Shown here: piece after piece, positions 9,900 to 19,393 of the stretch
How the letters are laid out: every line of letters begins with the position of its first letter
Numbering within the stretch: position 1 is the first letter of the stretch
Translations under genes and position numbers: made by a program
Assembly (NCBI GenBank): GCA_020437395.1
Contig: JAGQWJ010000005.1
Location: 13,693 to 77,692, forward strand
Length of the DNA: 64,000 bases
Reading direction: 5' to 3'
DNA from: Ignavibacteriota bacterium
GTDB lineage: Bacteria > Bacteroidota > Ignavibacteria > Kapaibacteriales > UBA2268
Notes under the pieces: model-generated
Told to the model about the DNA's origin: nothing
Database searches by the model: none
Seen by the model: the letters and a program-made list of their open reading frames with translations, nothing else

Positions 9900-10914
9900 G
9901 ATAAATAATGTATTGAATCCTGACCACAATAGTAATGAAGCAAATGAATTTGCACTTAGGCCAAAGTCATTTGATGAATTTACAGGTCAAAAGAACTTAG
10001 TGAGCAATTTAAAAATATTCATTGAAGCTGCATTAAAGAGGAAAGAAGCATTAGACCACGTTCTCTTAATGGGGCCTCCCGGACTTGGTAAAACGACTTT
10101 GAGCAATATAATTGCTAATGAGATGGGTAGTCAAATTAAAACAACCTCTGGACCAGTATTAGAAAAACCAGGCGATTTGGCAGGTATATTAACTAATCTT
10201 GAAGAAGGAGATGTTTTGTTTATAGATGAAATTCATCGTTTATCTACTGTTGTTGAAGAATATCTATACTCTGCGATGGAAGATTACACATTAGATATTA
10301 TAATAGACAGTGGTCCATCAGCAAGAACTATTCAGATTACAATACCTAATTTCACTTTAATTGGTGCAACGACCAGAGCGGGTTTATTAACAGCTCCGCT
10401 TCGTTCTAGATTCGGCTTACTATTTAGATTGGATTATTACAATACTGACGATTTGATTAACGTAGTCAAAAGATCTGCTAATATTTTGAATGCAGATATA
10501 GACGAACAAGGTGCAAAAGAAATAGCATCTCGCTCAAGAGGTACTCCGAGAATTGCAAATAGACTTTTGAGGAGAAGTAGAGATTTTGCTCAAATCAAAG
10601 GTGACGGAGTAATTAGTCAATTTATAGCAAATATGACACTTGAGGCTCTTGAAGTTGACAGACTGGGATTAGATGATATGGACAAGCGGATATTGCTAAC
10701 AATAATTGATAAGTACAATGGTGGTCCAGTTGGGCTGAATACTCTTTCTTCAGCTGTTGGGGAAGAACCAGGCACAATAGAGGAAGTTTATGAGCCTTAC
10801 CTAATTCAACAGGGTTTTTTACAAATCACACCAAAAGGTAGAAAAGTAACAATGAGTACATATAAATACTTCGGAAAGAGTATTAATCAAGATAATGAAA
10901 ATAGCTTATTTTAA
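9892..10914 (+). CDS. ruvB: Holliday junction branch migration helicase RuvB
   Basis: [12 protein letters not shown], Walker [10 protein letters not shown], Walker [10 protein letters not shown] and [12 protein letters not shown] blocks. Confidence 0.95.
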   Translation: MAEINNVLNPDHNSNEANEFALRPKSFDEFTGQKNLVSNLKIFIEAALKRKEALDHVLLMGPPGLGKTTLSNIIANEMGSQIKTTSGPVLEKPGDLAGILTNLEEGDVLFIDEIHRLSTVVEEYLYSAMEDYTLDIIIDSGPSARTIQITIPNFTLIGATTRAGLLTAPLRSRFGLLFRLDYYNTDDLINVVKRSANILNADIDEQGAKEIASRSRGTPRIANRLLRRSRDFAQIKGDGVISQFIANMTLEALEVDRLGLDDMDKRILLTIIDKYNGGPVGLNTLSSAVGEEPGTIEEVYEPYLIQQGFLQITPKGRKVTMSTYKYFGKSINQDNENSLF

Positions 10915-11388
10915 ACCTGGTTGGATTGCGGAAACAATTTCAGGTATAGCTTCTAATATCTGTTCTCTAGTTTTAAAAATATCTTTTGCTTGATTGTTTG
11001 GATATGCCATCCTCATCTTTACATCATAGATATATGTATTCATTAGAAACTTATCACTTTGTTTGTTAAAAGTACCTAGTACAACTTTTTTGATATTCAG
11101 TAGTTGAACAGCTTTCCATAAGTCTGATTTGTACTGGGGGTTAGATGGATCTAAGTTTAATTCAGACAGTACTATTTCTACTGAATCTGCGGGAACTATA
11201 TAGTACTCCTGACCAGTTTCATCTGCTTCTATTAAAGCGGTTGTCAACGCTTCTTGCAAGTCATAACACAATATATTATAATCTATATTACCATCCATAT
11301 TTTGAAAAGGTAAGACCGCAACTCTAGTTTGTGAATAAGACATAGTTGCAGATAAAATCAGTGTCAGTAATATAATAAATCTTTTCAT
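10906..11388 (-). CDS. Secreted protein of unknown function
   Basis: 160 aa with signal peptide [20 protein letters not shown]. No motif I can name confidently. Confidence 0.5.
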   Translation of the reverse strand: MKRFIILLTLILSATMSYSQTRVAVLPFQNMDGNIDYNILCYDLQEALTTALIEADETGQEYYIVPADSVEIVLSELNLDPSNPQYKSDLWKAVQLLNIKKVVLGTFNKQSDKFLMNTYIYDVKMRMAYPNNQAKDIFKTREQILEAIPEIVSAIQPGLK

Positions 11389-11396
11389 AGTATTTT

Positions 11397-11699
11397 TTAA
11401 CTTTTTTGTGATAAGTATTCCTTAATTTCCATTAATCTATTACGAAATTTTTGTTTGTTAAGTTCTAAACTTTCCCAGTCATTACTTTTCACTTGTGCCA
11501 TCATTTCAACTCCTATGTCACCAAGATCGGTAAATCCAAATTGGTAAGAAGAACCTTTCATAGTATGTGCCAATCTATACATCGATTCTAAATCTCTATC
11601 CTCAACAAATTTGGGATATTCTGTATCTAGCTTTTCTAACCAATCTTCAATGAATTCTGGTAATAATTCAAGTACAAATGGATCTTCAGGTAATAGCAT
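11397..11699 (-). CDS. Stand-alone histidine phosphotransfer (Hpt) domain protein
   Basis: 100 aa with the canonical Hpt phospho-acceptor block AHTMKGSS in a four-helix-length protein. Confidence 0.75.
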   Translation of the reverse strand: MLLPEDPFVLELLPEFIEDWLEKLDTEYPKFVEDRDLESMYRLAHTMKGSSYQFGFTDLGDIGVEMMAQVKSNDWESLELNKQKFRNRLMEIKEYLSQKS

Positions 11700-11743
11700 A
11701 TTATATTTTCGTAATAGTTAATGAATGTAAATATAGAAAATAA

Positions 11744-12135
11744 TTACTTAAAATACTATAAGCCGAATTCTGTCTTCTCTGATAAAAAACCAGAGGAGGT
11801 AATCATTTATCTAGGATAATTGTCGCCAATTACCTCAAGCGGTTTACCCAAGTATGCATACCTTTGTTAGATAACTCAACCGAACAAGTCGAAATCATAC
11901 TTTTATTTAACCTTGCTCCGTACAGGGTTTGCCGTGCCAAATTAATCACTTAATTCGCGGTGGGCTCTTACCCCACCCTTTCACCCTTACCTATTTGAAA
12001 GGCGGTTTGCTTTCTGTTGCACTTTCCATACTAATTTAAAAAAATTAGTTCTTCCCGTTAGGAAGTGTACTGTTCTTTGGAGTTCGGACTTTCCTCTGTT
12101 ACATTTATAACAGCGATTACCAGTATTCTAAGTAA
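11744..12135 (-). ncRNA. rnpB: RNase P RNA, bacterial type A
   Basis: The reverse complement contains GAGGAAAGTCCGAACTCC (P4 5' strand), GGTAAGGGTGAAAGGGTGGGGTAAGAGCCCACC, GGCACGGCAAACCC, CGGAGCAAGG, TAGATAAATGATTACC and ACAGAATTCGGCTTATAG (P4 3' strand). A 14-bp P1 forms between 12122-12135 and 11744-11757. Confidence 0.93.
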
Positions 12136-12142
12136 CTATAAA

Positions 12143-12883
12143 CTAAATTGTTTCAACGTCTGCTTCTGTAATCTCAATTTCTTCTGGAATTAAAATACGA
12201 GCACAATTTTCACATGTATATAATACATCATCATCACTTCTCATTTCAACAATAAGCTGTGGTGGTATAGAGCTAAAACAGCCAGAACAAGAGTTTCTTT
12301 TAACTTTAACAGCAGCATCACTATGATATTCTCTAACTCTTTCATACTTCGCCAAAGATTCTTTATCTATTTTGCTGATTATTTTCTCTCTTCTTTCTTC
12401 GAACTCAGCTTTTTCTTCATCTTGCTCTTCTTGTACTTCATCTAATTCTTTTTTGATATTCTTCAATTCTTCTTTTGAGCTAATTAATTCAGCTTTCTGC
12501 TCATCAAGAATTCTTTCCAAATTCTGTTGTTTTATAGTTTCTTGTCTCAGTTTTTCCGTCAGCATTTTCGATTCTTCTTTCACATGTTTTATTTCACTTG
12601 TGATAGCATCAAATTCTTTGTTATTTCTAACTTGAAATTGTTGCTGTGAAAGCTTTTCTTCCTTAGCTTTTAGATCTTCTAATGTAACTTTAGTAACAGA
12701 ACAGAATTCTTTAACTTCTTCTAATATTTGCTCAGTTTCCTTTACCGTTTTAGCTAAGTCTGAATTCTTCTTTTCCTGCTCTTCTACTTGTTGAGGTAAA
12801 TCACCAAATTCTTCTTCTAATTCGTCCAAATTTCTATCTATTATTGCCAGATAGGCAAGTAATTGTGATTTAGTTTCTTCCAT
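12143..12883 (-). CDS. Coiled-coil protein with C-terminal C4 zinc ribbon (COG1579 family)
   Basis: Long E/K-rich coiled coil followed by CSGC...17 residues...CENC. It lies immediately downstream of a Nif3-family gene, a commonly conserved pair. Confidence 0.8.
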   Translation of the reverse strand: MEETKSQLLAYLAIIDRNLDELEEEFGDLPQQVEEQEKKNSDLAKTVKETEQILEEVKEFCSVTKVTLEDLKAKEEKLSQQQFQVRNNKEFDAITSEIKHVKEESKMLTEKLRQETIKQQNLERILDEQKAELISSKEELKNIKKELDEVQEEQDEEKAEFEERREKIISKIDKESLAKYERVREYHSDAAVKVKRNSCSGCFSSIPPQLIVEMRSDDDVLYTCENCARILIPEEIEITEADVETI

Positions 12884-12899
12884 TACTTTTTATTAACCT

Positions 12900-13730
12900 T
12901 TATAATTTATTTAAATATTTTTTTTGCAAATCTATATAATCATTCTCTGGAAAGTATAGTACTGGATTTGTCAATTCTCTACCAGTCACAAAATTAATTT
13001 CATTTCCAATCTTTTTATCCAATATTCTTTTCATTGCTTTAGGAACGAACTGCTCCATCTCGTAATGACCTGGATCAATAACAATCATTTTTCCTTCTAC
13101 ACTGTGAAAATCGTGGTATTTCATATCTGCAGTTATCAATGCATCGCAATTCTTATTGAGTGCTTCTGATATATAGCCACTTCCACTTCCGCCCAAAATA
13201 GCAATTCTTTTTATTAAACTCTTTGAACCTTTATTATATCTCAGGGGTGAATTACAAAGTTTTGAAATCTTTCTTAGTAAATCTTCTGTGTTAATTGGTT
13301 CATCCAAATCTATTATTGCACCCATCCCGTAACCTTCTAAATTTTTATCTTCCACAAGAAAATCTACCTTTTTAAACCCTAATTGTAGACTTAATTCATG
13401 GCTAGTACCATTTGGATGCGAATCAAAATTAGTATGAATTACGTATAATGCAATATCATTTTTTATCAACTTAGTGAGCAAATTACCAACTCTGTTATTA
13501 GTATTTACTGCAGAAATGGGTTTAAAAATTAATGGATGGAATGCTATAATCAAATCAGAAGCATTTGAAATTGCTTCTTCGATTATAGACTCGTTTAGCT
13601 CTAGTGTTAAAAAAACGTTTTTTATCCGTGATTTACTATTGCTAATTTGTAAACCTATGCTGTCATCACTCCACGCTGTTATAGGAGGAAATTCCAGCTC
13701 AATTATTTCCACGAGCCTTGATAATTCCAT
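12900..13730 (-). CDS. Nif3-like dinuclear metal centre protein (GTP cyclohydrolase 1 type 2 homologue, YbgI family)
   Basis: Blocks IAFHPLIF, YVIHTNFDS, ILGGSGSGY and ITADMKYHD are characteristic of the NIF3 family. Confidence 0.85.
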   Translation of the reverse strand: MELSRLVEIIELEFPPITAWSDDSIGLQISNSKSRIKNVFLTLELNESIIEEAISNASDLIIAFHPLIFKPISAVNTNNRVGNLLTKLIKNDIALYVIHTNFDSHPNGTSHELSLQLGFKKVDFLVEDKNLEGYGMGAIIDLDEPINTEDLLRKISKLCNSPLRYNKGSKSLIKRIAILGGSGSGYISEALNKNCDALITADMKYHDFHSVEGKMIVIDPGHYEMEQFVPKAMKRILDKKIGNEINFVTGRELTNPVLYFPENDYIDLQKKYLNKL

Positions 13731-13839
13731 AAATTGTAATTATGTTCTATGTATCTAAATGATTTTTCTTAAAAAACGTTTTAGAGTAAGGCACTAAATT
13801 AATGAAAATTATATTGTTTCTAAACTATTGAAGTAAAAG

Positions 13840-14562
13840 ATGTACAAAAAGTTTATATTTCCGATAATTATTATACTATTTTCAAACTTTCATTTTGATT
13901 TATTTTCTCAGGTGACAGGTGGCAAACAAGATGTATTTGAGAAAGATAGTGTAATTGTGTTTGATCCGTCTTCCCCACTTCTAACTTTAGAAGAGATTAA
14001 TCAAAATAAAACCTCTGTTTTTGGTTTTGACTTAATATTTTCAACTTTTGGATTTGGTGGTGGACTATTTTGGAAAGCTGAATTGAACGATGAGTTCATC
14101 TTTTTATCAGAATTTTTCATATCAGGAATTCGAAAGTCAGATGAATTAGAAAGATTTAATCAATTAACTGGTGAGTTATTCATTCCGTTTAAACAAAATA
14201 GACTTTATACTATCCCATTTTCATTTGGAGTTCAATATTATCCATTCAACAATCAGATAATTAGTACATTCAAACCATTTATTAGCGCTGGGGCTGGGTT
14301 TTCTTTCATAATATCAACCCCCTATGATAGAAGCTTTTTTAATGCATTTAGTTATGGGGAATATTATACAAGACCAGCATTTAACCTCTCGATTGGTGCA
14401 GATTTCGGTAATAAGAATAAATCAAATTATGGTTTTCAGATTAAATACATCTCTGTTCCCTTCGGAGAAGGTGGTTTGCAAAGTTTAAAAGCAGAAGTTG
14501 AAGATCCAATAACAAACTTTGGAGGAGTATTCCTTGATTTGAAAGTTGGATTTAATTATTGA
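13840..14562 (+). CDS. Secreted small beta-barrel-like outer membrane protein, function unknown
   Basis: Signal peptide MYKKFIFPIIIILFSNFHFDLFSQ. Alternating aromatic/Gly pattern. C-terminal LDLKVGFNY ends in an aromatic residue as in OMPs. Confidence 0.5.
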   Translation: MYKKFIFPIIIILFSNFHFDLFSQVTGGKQDVFEKDSVIVFDPSSPLLTLEEINQNKTSVFGFDLIFSTFGFGGGLFWKAELNDEFIFLSEFFISGIRKSDELERFNQLTGELFIPFKQNRLYTIPFSFGVQYYPFNNQIISTFKPFISAGAGFSFIISTPYDRSFFNAFSYGEYYTRPAFNLSIGADFGNKNKSNYGFQIKYISVPFGEGGLQSLKAEVEDPITNFGGVFLDLKVGFNY

Positions 14563-15659
14563 ACCAAGGGGAAAGTGAGATTTATCTCTGTTTTACCAAT
14601 TGAACCATTTACAAGAATTTCAAACTTACCATTGTGCAATTCAATCATTTTTTTTGCTATTATTAACCCCAAGCCAACTCCTTGCTGCTCATTCTTTTCT
14701 CTATTGAATTGATTTAGTGCAGCTATATTTGAAATCTGATTTTCATCTATTCCAATTCCATTATCACTAAGTTTTATTACAAATTCATTATCGATAATTT
14801 CAGAAGTCATTAGTACTTTTTCTCCTTTTTTGGAGAATTTGAAGGCATTATCACTAAGTTCATTCATTATAACAAAAAAATTTTCAGAAGACATACTTAT
14901 ACTAATGCCCATTGTTTCGTTGATAACCTCAAAATCTTCAAATCTATTATATTTAGCAGCTATGTTGTTAACAATATCATAAGCAACAGCAAACGGTTCT
15001 TCTGTTTCTTGCGACCTAATTTCCTTAAGTAAATCTTCATTATCTTCAATATTACTCAAACGGATATAAAGCAAGTAATTTTCAGTAATCTTTGATAATC
15101 TTGAAACAGATTGGACTATATCATGAGAAAGCGTTTTAATTTCATTAGTATCCAAAGATTCTGATTCTTGATAAATAATTCCAGCATTACCTTTTATTTC
15201 GTTTATTGCTGTTCTAAATTCGTGTGGTAGAGAGTAAGTCACGCTTTTTCCAACTTGTTCGACTTTACTTTTTACATGATTTTCAAAAAGATTATATTTT
15301 TTCCATTGTGCATTGATAGCAGAGACTATTTCATCTCTAGTATAAGGTTTAACTAAATAGTCATCAGCACCTTTAGTCATACCTTCTCGCATATTTGATT
15401 TTTCGTTGAATGCTGTTAGAAAAATAAATGGGATTCTGTGTGTATTGTGGTTAGATCTTATTTTCTCAAGTACTTCAAATCCATCCATAATTGGCATTGA
15501 AATATCACATAAGATTAAATCCGGTTTAAATTCTTTTGAGAGTTCAAAACCAATTTGTCCATTTTCTGCAGTTTTGACTTCATAACCCTCAAATTCCAAA
15601 AGAGCAGTGGTACTTTCCAAAATAAATTCTGCATCATCAATTACAAGTATTTTTTTCAT
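14556..15659 (-). CDS. Hybrid two-component protein: N-terminal receiver, HisKA-like helix, HATPase_c
   Basis: Receiver KILVIDD, LILCDISMP and VKP. Phospho-acceptor region SLPHEFRTAINEI. HATPase N-box ELSDNAFKF, G1 DNGIGI, G2 GVGLGL. ATG 15659 is preferred to the TTG at 15671. Confidence 0.82.
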   Translation of the reverse strand: MKKILVIDDAEFILESTTALLEFEGYEVKTAENGQIGFELSKEFKPDLILCDISMPIMDGFEVLEKIRSNHNTHRIPFIFLTAFNEKSNMREGMTKGADDYLVKPYTRDEIVSAINAQWKKYNLFENHVKSKVEQVGKSVTYSLPHEFRTAINEIKGNAGIIYQESESLDTNEIKTLSHDIVQSVSRLSKITENYLLYIRLSNIEDNEDLLKEIRSQETEEPFAVAYDIVNNIAAKYNRFEDFEVINETMGISISMSSENFFVIMNELSDNAFKFSKKGEKVLMTSEIIDNEFVIKLSDNGIGIDENQISNIAALNQFNREKNEQQGVGLGLIIAKKMIELHNGKFEILVNGSIGKTEINLTFPLVQ

Positions 15660-15781
15660 ATTAAAAACCAATGTTGAATAATTATTAATAACTATCGGTA
15701 AAATTGTTGATAATATAATTTAATAATAATCTTTTTTATGTTAATTATGTAAAAATAATTATCTCAATAATAGATTAAATT

Positions 15782-17233
15782 ATGTCAACTGCCAAAAAAA
15801 TAAATTATGAATCAAAAAAAGTCACCTCAATTAATCCAATTGTAGGCAATAGAGTCCCTCCGAATTCAATCGAAGCTGAGGTAGCGGTATTGGGTGCTAT
15901 GATGCTGAATAAACAAGCAATTTCTAAAGCTACTGAGCTTCTATCTCCAGATTCATTTTATTCTCAGAAACATAAATTAATATTTGAAGCGATAATAAGT
16001 CTTTCTGAAAAAAATGAGACAGTTGATATAATTACATTGTCGGAGTTTCTCACTAAAACTGGTAACCTTGATGACATTGGTGGAAGAGCCTATTTGGCTA
16101 AAATCAACAAAGAGGTTGCTACAGCTGCCAATGTTGAACAATATTCGTTGATAGTGTTAGAGAAACAATTGAGAAGAGATCTTATCCAATCGAGTGGAGA
16201 AGTTATAAATAATGCTTATGATGATAGTAAAGACATATTAACAGAAATTGACAAGGCTGAATCTGAGATATTCAGAATAGCTGAAAAAAGAATGACGAAG
16301 AATTATCAAGGTATGAAGGAATTAACCAAAGAAACATACCGCCAGATAGAGCAAATGAGAGTACGTTCCGAATCTGGGTTAACTGGAATTCCTTCAGGAT
16401 TAATTGATCTAGATAAATATCTAGGAGGTCTTCAAAAATCAGAATTGATAATAATTGCTGCTAGACCATCTATGGGAAAAACAGCATTAGCATTATCTAT
16501 AGCTAGAAATTTGGCTGTTGAATATAAAAAATCGATAGCTTTTTTCTCTTTAGAGATGGCATCTACTCAACTTATTATAAGATTGCTTTCAGCTGAAGCA
16601 AAGATAAACCAACAAAAAATTAGAACAGGAAAAATCAGTTCTCATGAAAATCAAAAAATAATTGATTCTCTTGGTAAATTAAACGATGCAAAGATATTTT
16701 TTGATGATAGTTCTATGATAGAGATTATGGAACTAAGAGCAAAATGTAGAAGATTAAAAGCTGAACACAATATTGATGCAGTTTTTGTTGACTATCTACA
16801 GCTAATTCGTGCTTCAGGAATGGAATCGAGAGAAAGGGAAATATCGATTATTTCCATGACATTAAAACAAATAGCTAAAGAACTAGAAATACCAGTAATT
16901 GCTTTGGCACAATTAAATCGTTCGATTGAAAGCCGTCCAGGTAAAAGTCGTTCTCCAATGCTTTCTGACTTAAGAGAGTCTGGCTCAATTGAACAAGATG
17001 CCGATGTTATTCTATTCGTACAAAGGGTAGAAGTTTATGGTCAGATGGAATATGAGGACAAAACCCCAACAGAAGGAACAGCTGAGATAATAATAGGAAA
17101 ACAAAGAAATGGACCAATTGGTACAGTAAGAGTTGCATTCCAAAAGAATTATGCACGATTTGAAAATCTAAGTTACGGCTATGAAGAAATGCCTGAAAGC
17201 CCTGCAATTAATAGTGATGGACCTAATTTTTAA
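15782..17233 (+). CDS. dnaB: Replicative DNA helicase DnaB
   Basis: PPNSIEAEVAVLGAMM N-terminal block, Walker A ARPSMGKTA, Walker B VFVDYLQLI, and the SGSIEQDADV and GKQRNGP blocks. Confidence 0.95.
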   Translation: MSTAKKINYESKKVTSINPIVGNRVPPNSIEAEVAVLGAMMLNKQAISKATELLSPDSFYSQKHKLIFEAIISLSEKNETVDIITLSEFLTKTGNLDDIGGRAYLAKINKEVATAANVEQYSLIVLEKQLRRDLIQSSGEVINNAYDDSKDILTEIDKAESEIFRIAEKRMTKNYQGMKELTKETYRQIEQMRVRSESGLTGIPSGLIDLDKYLGGLQKSELIIIAARPSMGKTALALSIARNLAVEYKKSIAFFSLEMASTQLIIRLLSAEAKINQQKIRTGKISSHENQKIIDSLGKLNDAKIFFDDSSMIEIMELRAKCRRLKAEHNIDAVFVDYLQLIRASGMESREREISIISMTLKQIAKELEIPVIALAQLNRSIESRPGKSRSPMLSDLRESGSIEQDADVILFVQRVEVYGQMEYEDKTPTEGTAEIIIGKQRNGPIGTVRVAFQKNYARFENLSYGYEEMPESPAINSDGPNF

Positions 17234-17384
17234 GAATTTGTGAAATATAAATCAGAAACACAGTTAGAGCCAAATCAATAATTAGAATCAAAGCCATCAG
17301 CTTATATTTTTTTTCGATGAAAAAATAAAGTGCGGGTACTAAAAGTACAACAAATGTTATCAAAGCTGCTAAAAAAATTGTCAT
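17208..17384 (-). CDS. Possible 58-aa two-helix small membrane protein (below the ORF-track length cutoff)
   Basis: My manual translation gives MTIFLAALITFVVLLVPALYFFIEKKYKLMALILIIDLALTVFLIYISQILKIRVHHY. It overlaps the dnaB 3' end by 26 nt. There is no homology evidence. Confidence 0.2.
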
Positions 17385-17484
17385 AATTTAATAAATCCCT
17401 AAAAAACAGTGAAATGACATCTTGCACAAGTCATAAAGTTATATTATTTTTGTAGTCTTATAAAATTGAAATAATAAAATAAAT

Positions 17485-18825
17485 ATGTTTGATAGTTTAC
17501 AAGAAAAGTTAGAAATAACATTAAAGAAATTTCGTGGACAAAACAAGATAACCGAAGAGAATATTTCTGAAGCACTTCGAGAAATCCGAAGAGCATTATT
17601 AGAAGCAGATGTCCATATAGATGTTGTCAAAAAATTTATTGATAGTGTAAAAGAAAAAGCAATTGGAAGCGAAGTAAAAGGAAGGCTTAGACCTGAACAA
17701 CTAATAGTCAAAATAGTCAATGACGAATTAGTTGAATTGATGGGTAGTAAACGCTCAGAAATAAAAATTGCTTCTGGTAAGCCAACTGTAATACTTGTAG
17801 CTGGACTTCAAGGTTCTGGTAAGACTACTTTTTGTGGGAAATTAGCAAAAAATTTAAGAAAAAAAGGTCGCCAACCCTTATTAGTTGCCTGTGACGTATA
17901 TAGACCCGCGGCTATTGAGCAATTAAAAACTCTTGGTGAACAAGTTAAGATTCCAGTTTTTACAGAAGAAAATAATCAAGACCCAGTTTCAATTGCAACA
18001 AACGCATTAGAATATGCTCGTAAATTTGGTAGAGATACTATTATTGTGGACACGGCTGGTCGTTTGACTGTAGATGAAAAAATGATGGATGAAGTAGAGA
18101 ATATTAGTAAAGCTATTAATCCTACGGAAACATTATTTGTCTGCGACTCAATGATAGGTCAAGATGCTGTTACAACGGCTAAGGCATTCCATGAGAAACT
18201 AGAACTTTCTGGAGTTGTTTTGACCAAATTAGATGGAGATACGAGGGGAGGTGCAGCACTTTCAGTTCTTCATGTTGTTGGTAAACCCATAAAATTTGTA
18301 GGTGTTGGTGAAACAGTAGATGACCTTGAACCATTCCACCCTGAGAGAATTGCATCAAGAATCCTAGGTATGGGTGATATTCTTACTTTAGTTGAGAAAG
18401 CTGAATCACAAATTGATAAAGAAGAAGCGGCTCAGTTAGAAGAAAAAATAAGAAAAAATGAATTTACATTCGATGACTTTTTAAGTCAGTTAAGAGCAAT
18501 CCAGAAAATGGGTTCACTCAAAGACTTACTCGGTATGATACCAGGTATGGATAAACAACTTAGAAATGTAAACGTAGATGATGGAGCTTTCAAAAAAGTT
18601 GAAGCGATAATCCAGTCTATGACTAAAAAAGAAAGAACAAATCCTAAAATTATAAACGGTTCCCGAAGAATGCGTATTGCGAAGGGAAGTGGCACAAACA
18701 TCCAAGATGTTAACAGATTGTTGAAGCAGTTTGATGACATGGGTAAGATGCTAAAAAACATTTCAAGAGGTAAAAAATCTAGGATGTTAGGTGGTTTAGG
18801 TTTAGGAAAATTTGGTATTAAATAA
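17485..18825 (+). CDS. ffh: Signal recognition particle protein Ffh
   Basis: NG domain GLQGSGKTT, DTAGRL and TKLDGDTRGGAALS. Met-rich M domain with GMGD and LGMIPGM. Confidence 0.95.
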   Translation: MFDSLQEKLEITLKKFRGQNKITEENISEALREIRRALLEADVHIDVVKKFIDSVKEKAIGSEVKGRLRPEQLIVKIVNDELVELMGSKRSEIKIASGKPTVILVAGLQGSGKTTFCGKLAKNLRKKGRQPLLVACDVYRPAAIEQLKTLGEQVKIPVFTEENNQDPVSIATNALEYARKFGRDTIIVDTAGRLTVDEKMMDEVENISKAINPTETLFVCDSMIGQDAVTTAKAFHEKLELSGVVLTKLDGDTRGGAALSVLHVVGKPIKFVGVGETVDDLEPFHPERIASRILGMGDILTLVEKAESQIDKEEAAQLEEKIRKNEFTFDDFLSQLRAIQKMGSLKDLLGMIPGMDKQLRNVNVDDGAFKKVEAIIQSMTKKERTNPKIINGSRRMRIAKGSGTNIQDVNRLLKQFDDMGKMLKNISRGKKSRMLGGLGLGKFGIK

Positions 18826-18869
18826 ATTTGAAATTAAATTGCAGTAATTAATTAGGTGATATTACAAAA

Positions 18870-19319
18870 ATGGTAAAGTTAAGACTAAGAAGAAAAGGGC
18901 GTAAAGGTTACCCCGTATATGATGTAGTAGCTGTTGATAGCAGAAGAAAAAGAGACGGTGCTTACATTGAAAGACTTGGATATTATGATCCGAATACTAG
19001 TCCAAACACAGTAAAACTGGACGACAATAGAGCTATTTATTGGTTGAATGAAGGTGCACAACCTACATTAACAGTAAAAAATATTTTTAGCTATGAAGGT
19101 GTCTTACTTAAAAGAGCACTACTTTTCAAAGGTTTAGATGAAGATCAAATCAATGAACAAGTAACTAAGCATAAAGAAAATGCTTTAGCAAGACATGATA
19201 GGTTGAAAAAAGCTAGAAAAGCTAGAAATGCTAAGCCAGTTGTCGAGGAAACTGCTCCGGTAGAGGAAGCTGCTCCGGCAGAGCAATCTTCAGAAGAAAC
19301 AACAGATGCTCCAGAGTAA
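18870..19319 (+). CDS. rpsP: 30S ribosomal protein S16 with an acidic Pro/Glu/Ala-rich C-terminal extension
   Basis: MVKLRLRRKGRKGYPVYDVVAVDSRRKRDG is the canonical S16 N-terminus. Confidence 0.93.
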   Translation: MVKLRLRRKGRKGYPVYDVVAVDSRRKRDGAYIERLGYYDPNTSPNTVKLDDNRAIYWLNEGAQPTLTVKNIFSYEGVLLKRALLFKGLDEDQINEQVTKHKENALARHDRLKKARKARNAKPVVEETAPVEEAAPAEQSSEETTDAPE

Positions 19320-19341
19320 TTAATTACTCAAAAGTATAAAC

Positions 19342-19378
19342 AAAAAAAGCCGGTTTATTACCGGCTTTTCTTTTTTTA
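19342..19378. terminator. Bidirectional rho-independent terminator between rpsP and the convergent kinase gene
   Basis: Stem AGCCGGT / ACCGGCT with a 5-nt loop, an A-run on the left and a T-run on the right. Confidence 0.75.
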
Positions 19379-19393
19379 TGTAATTTTTATTTT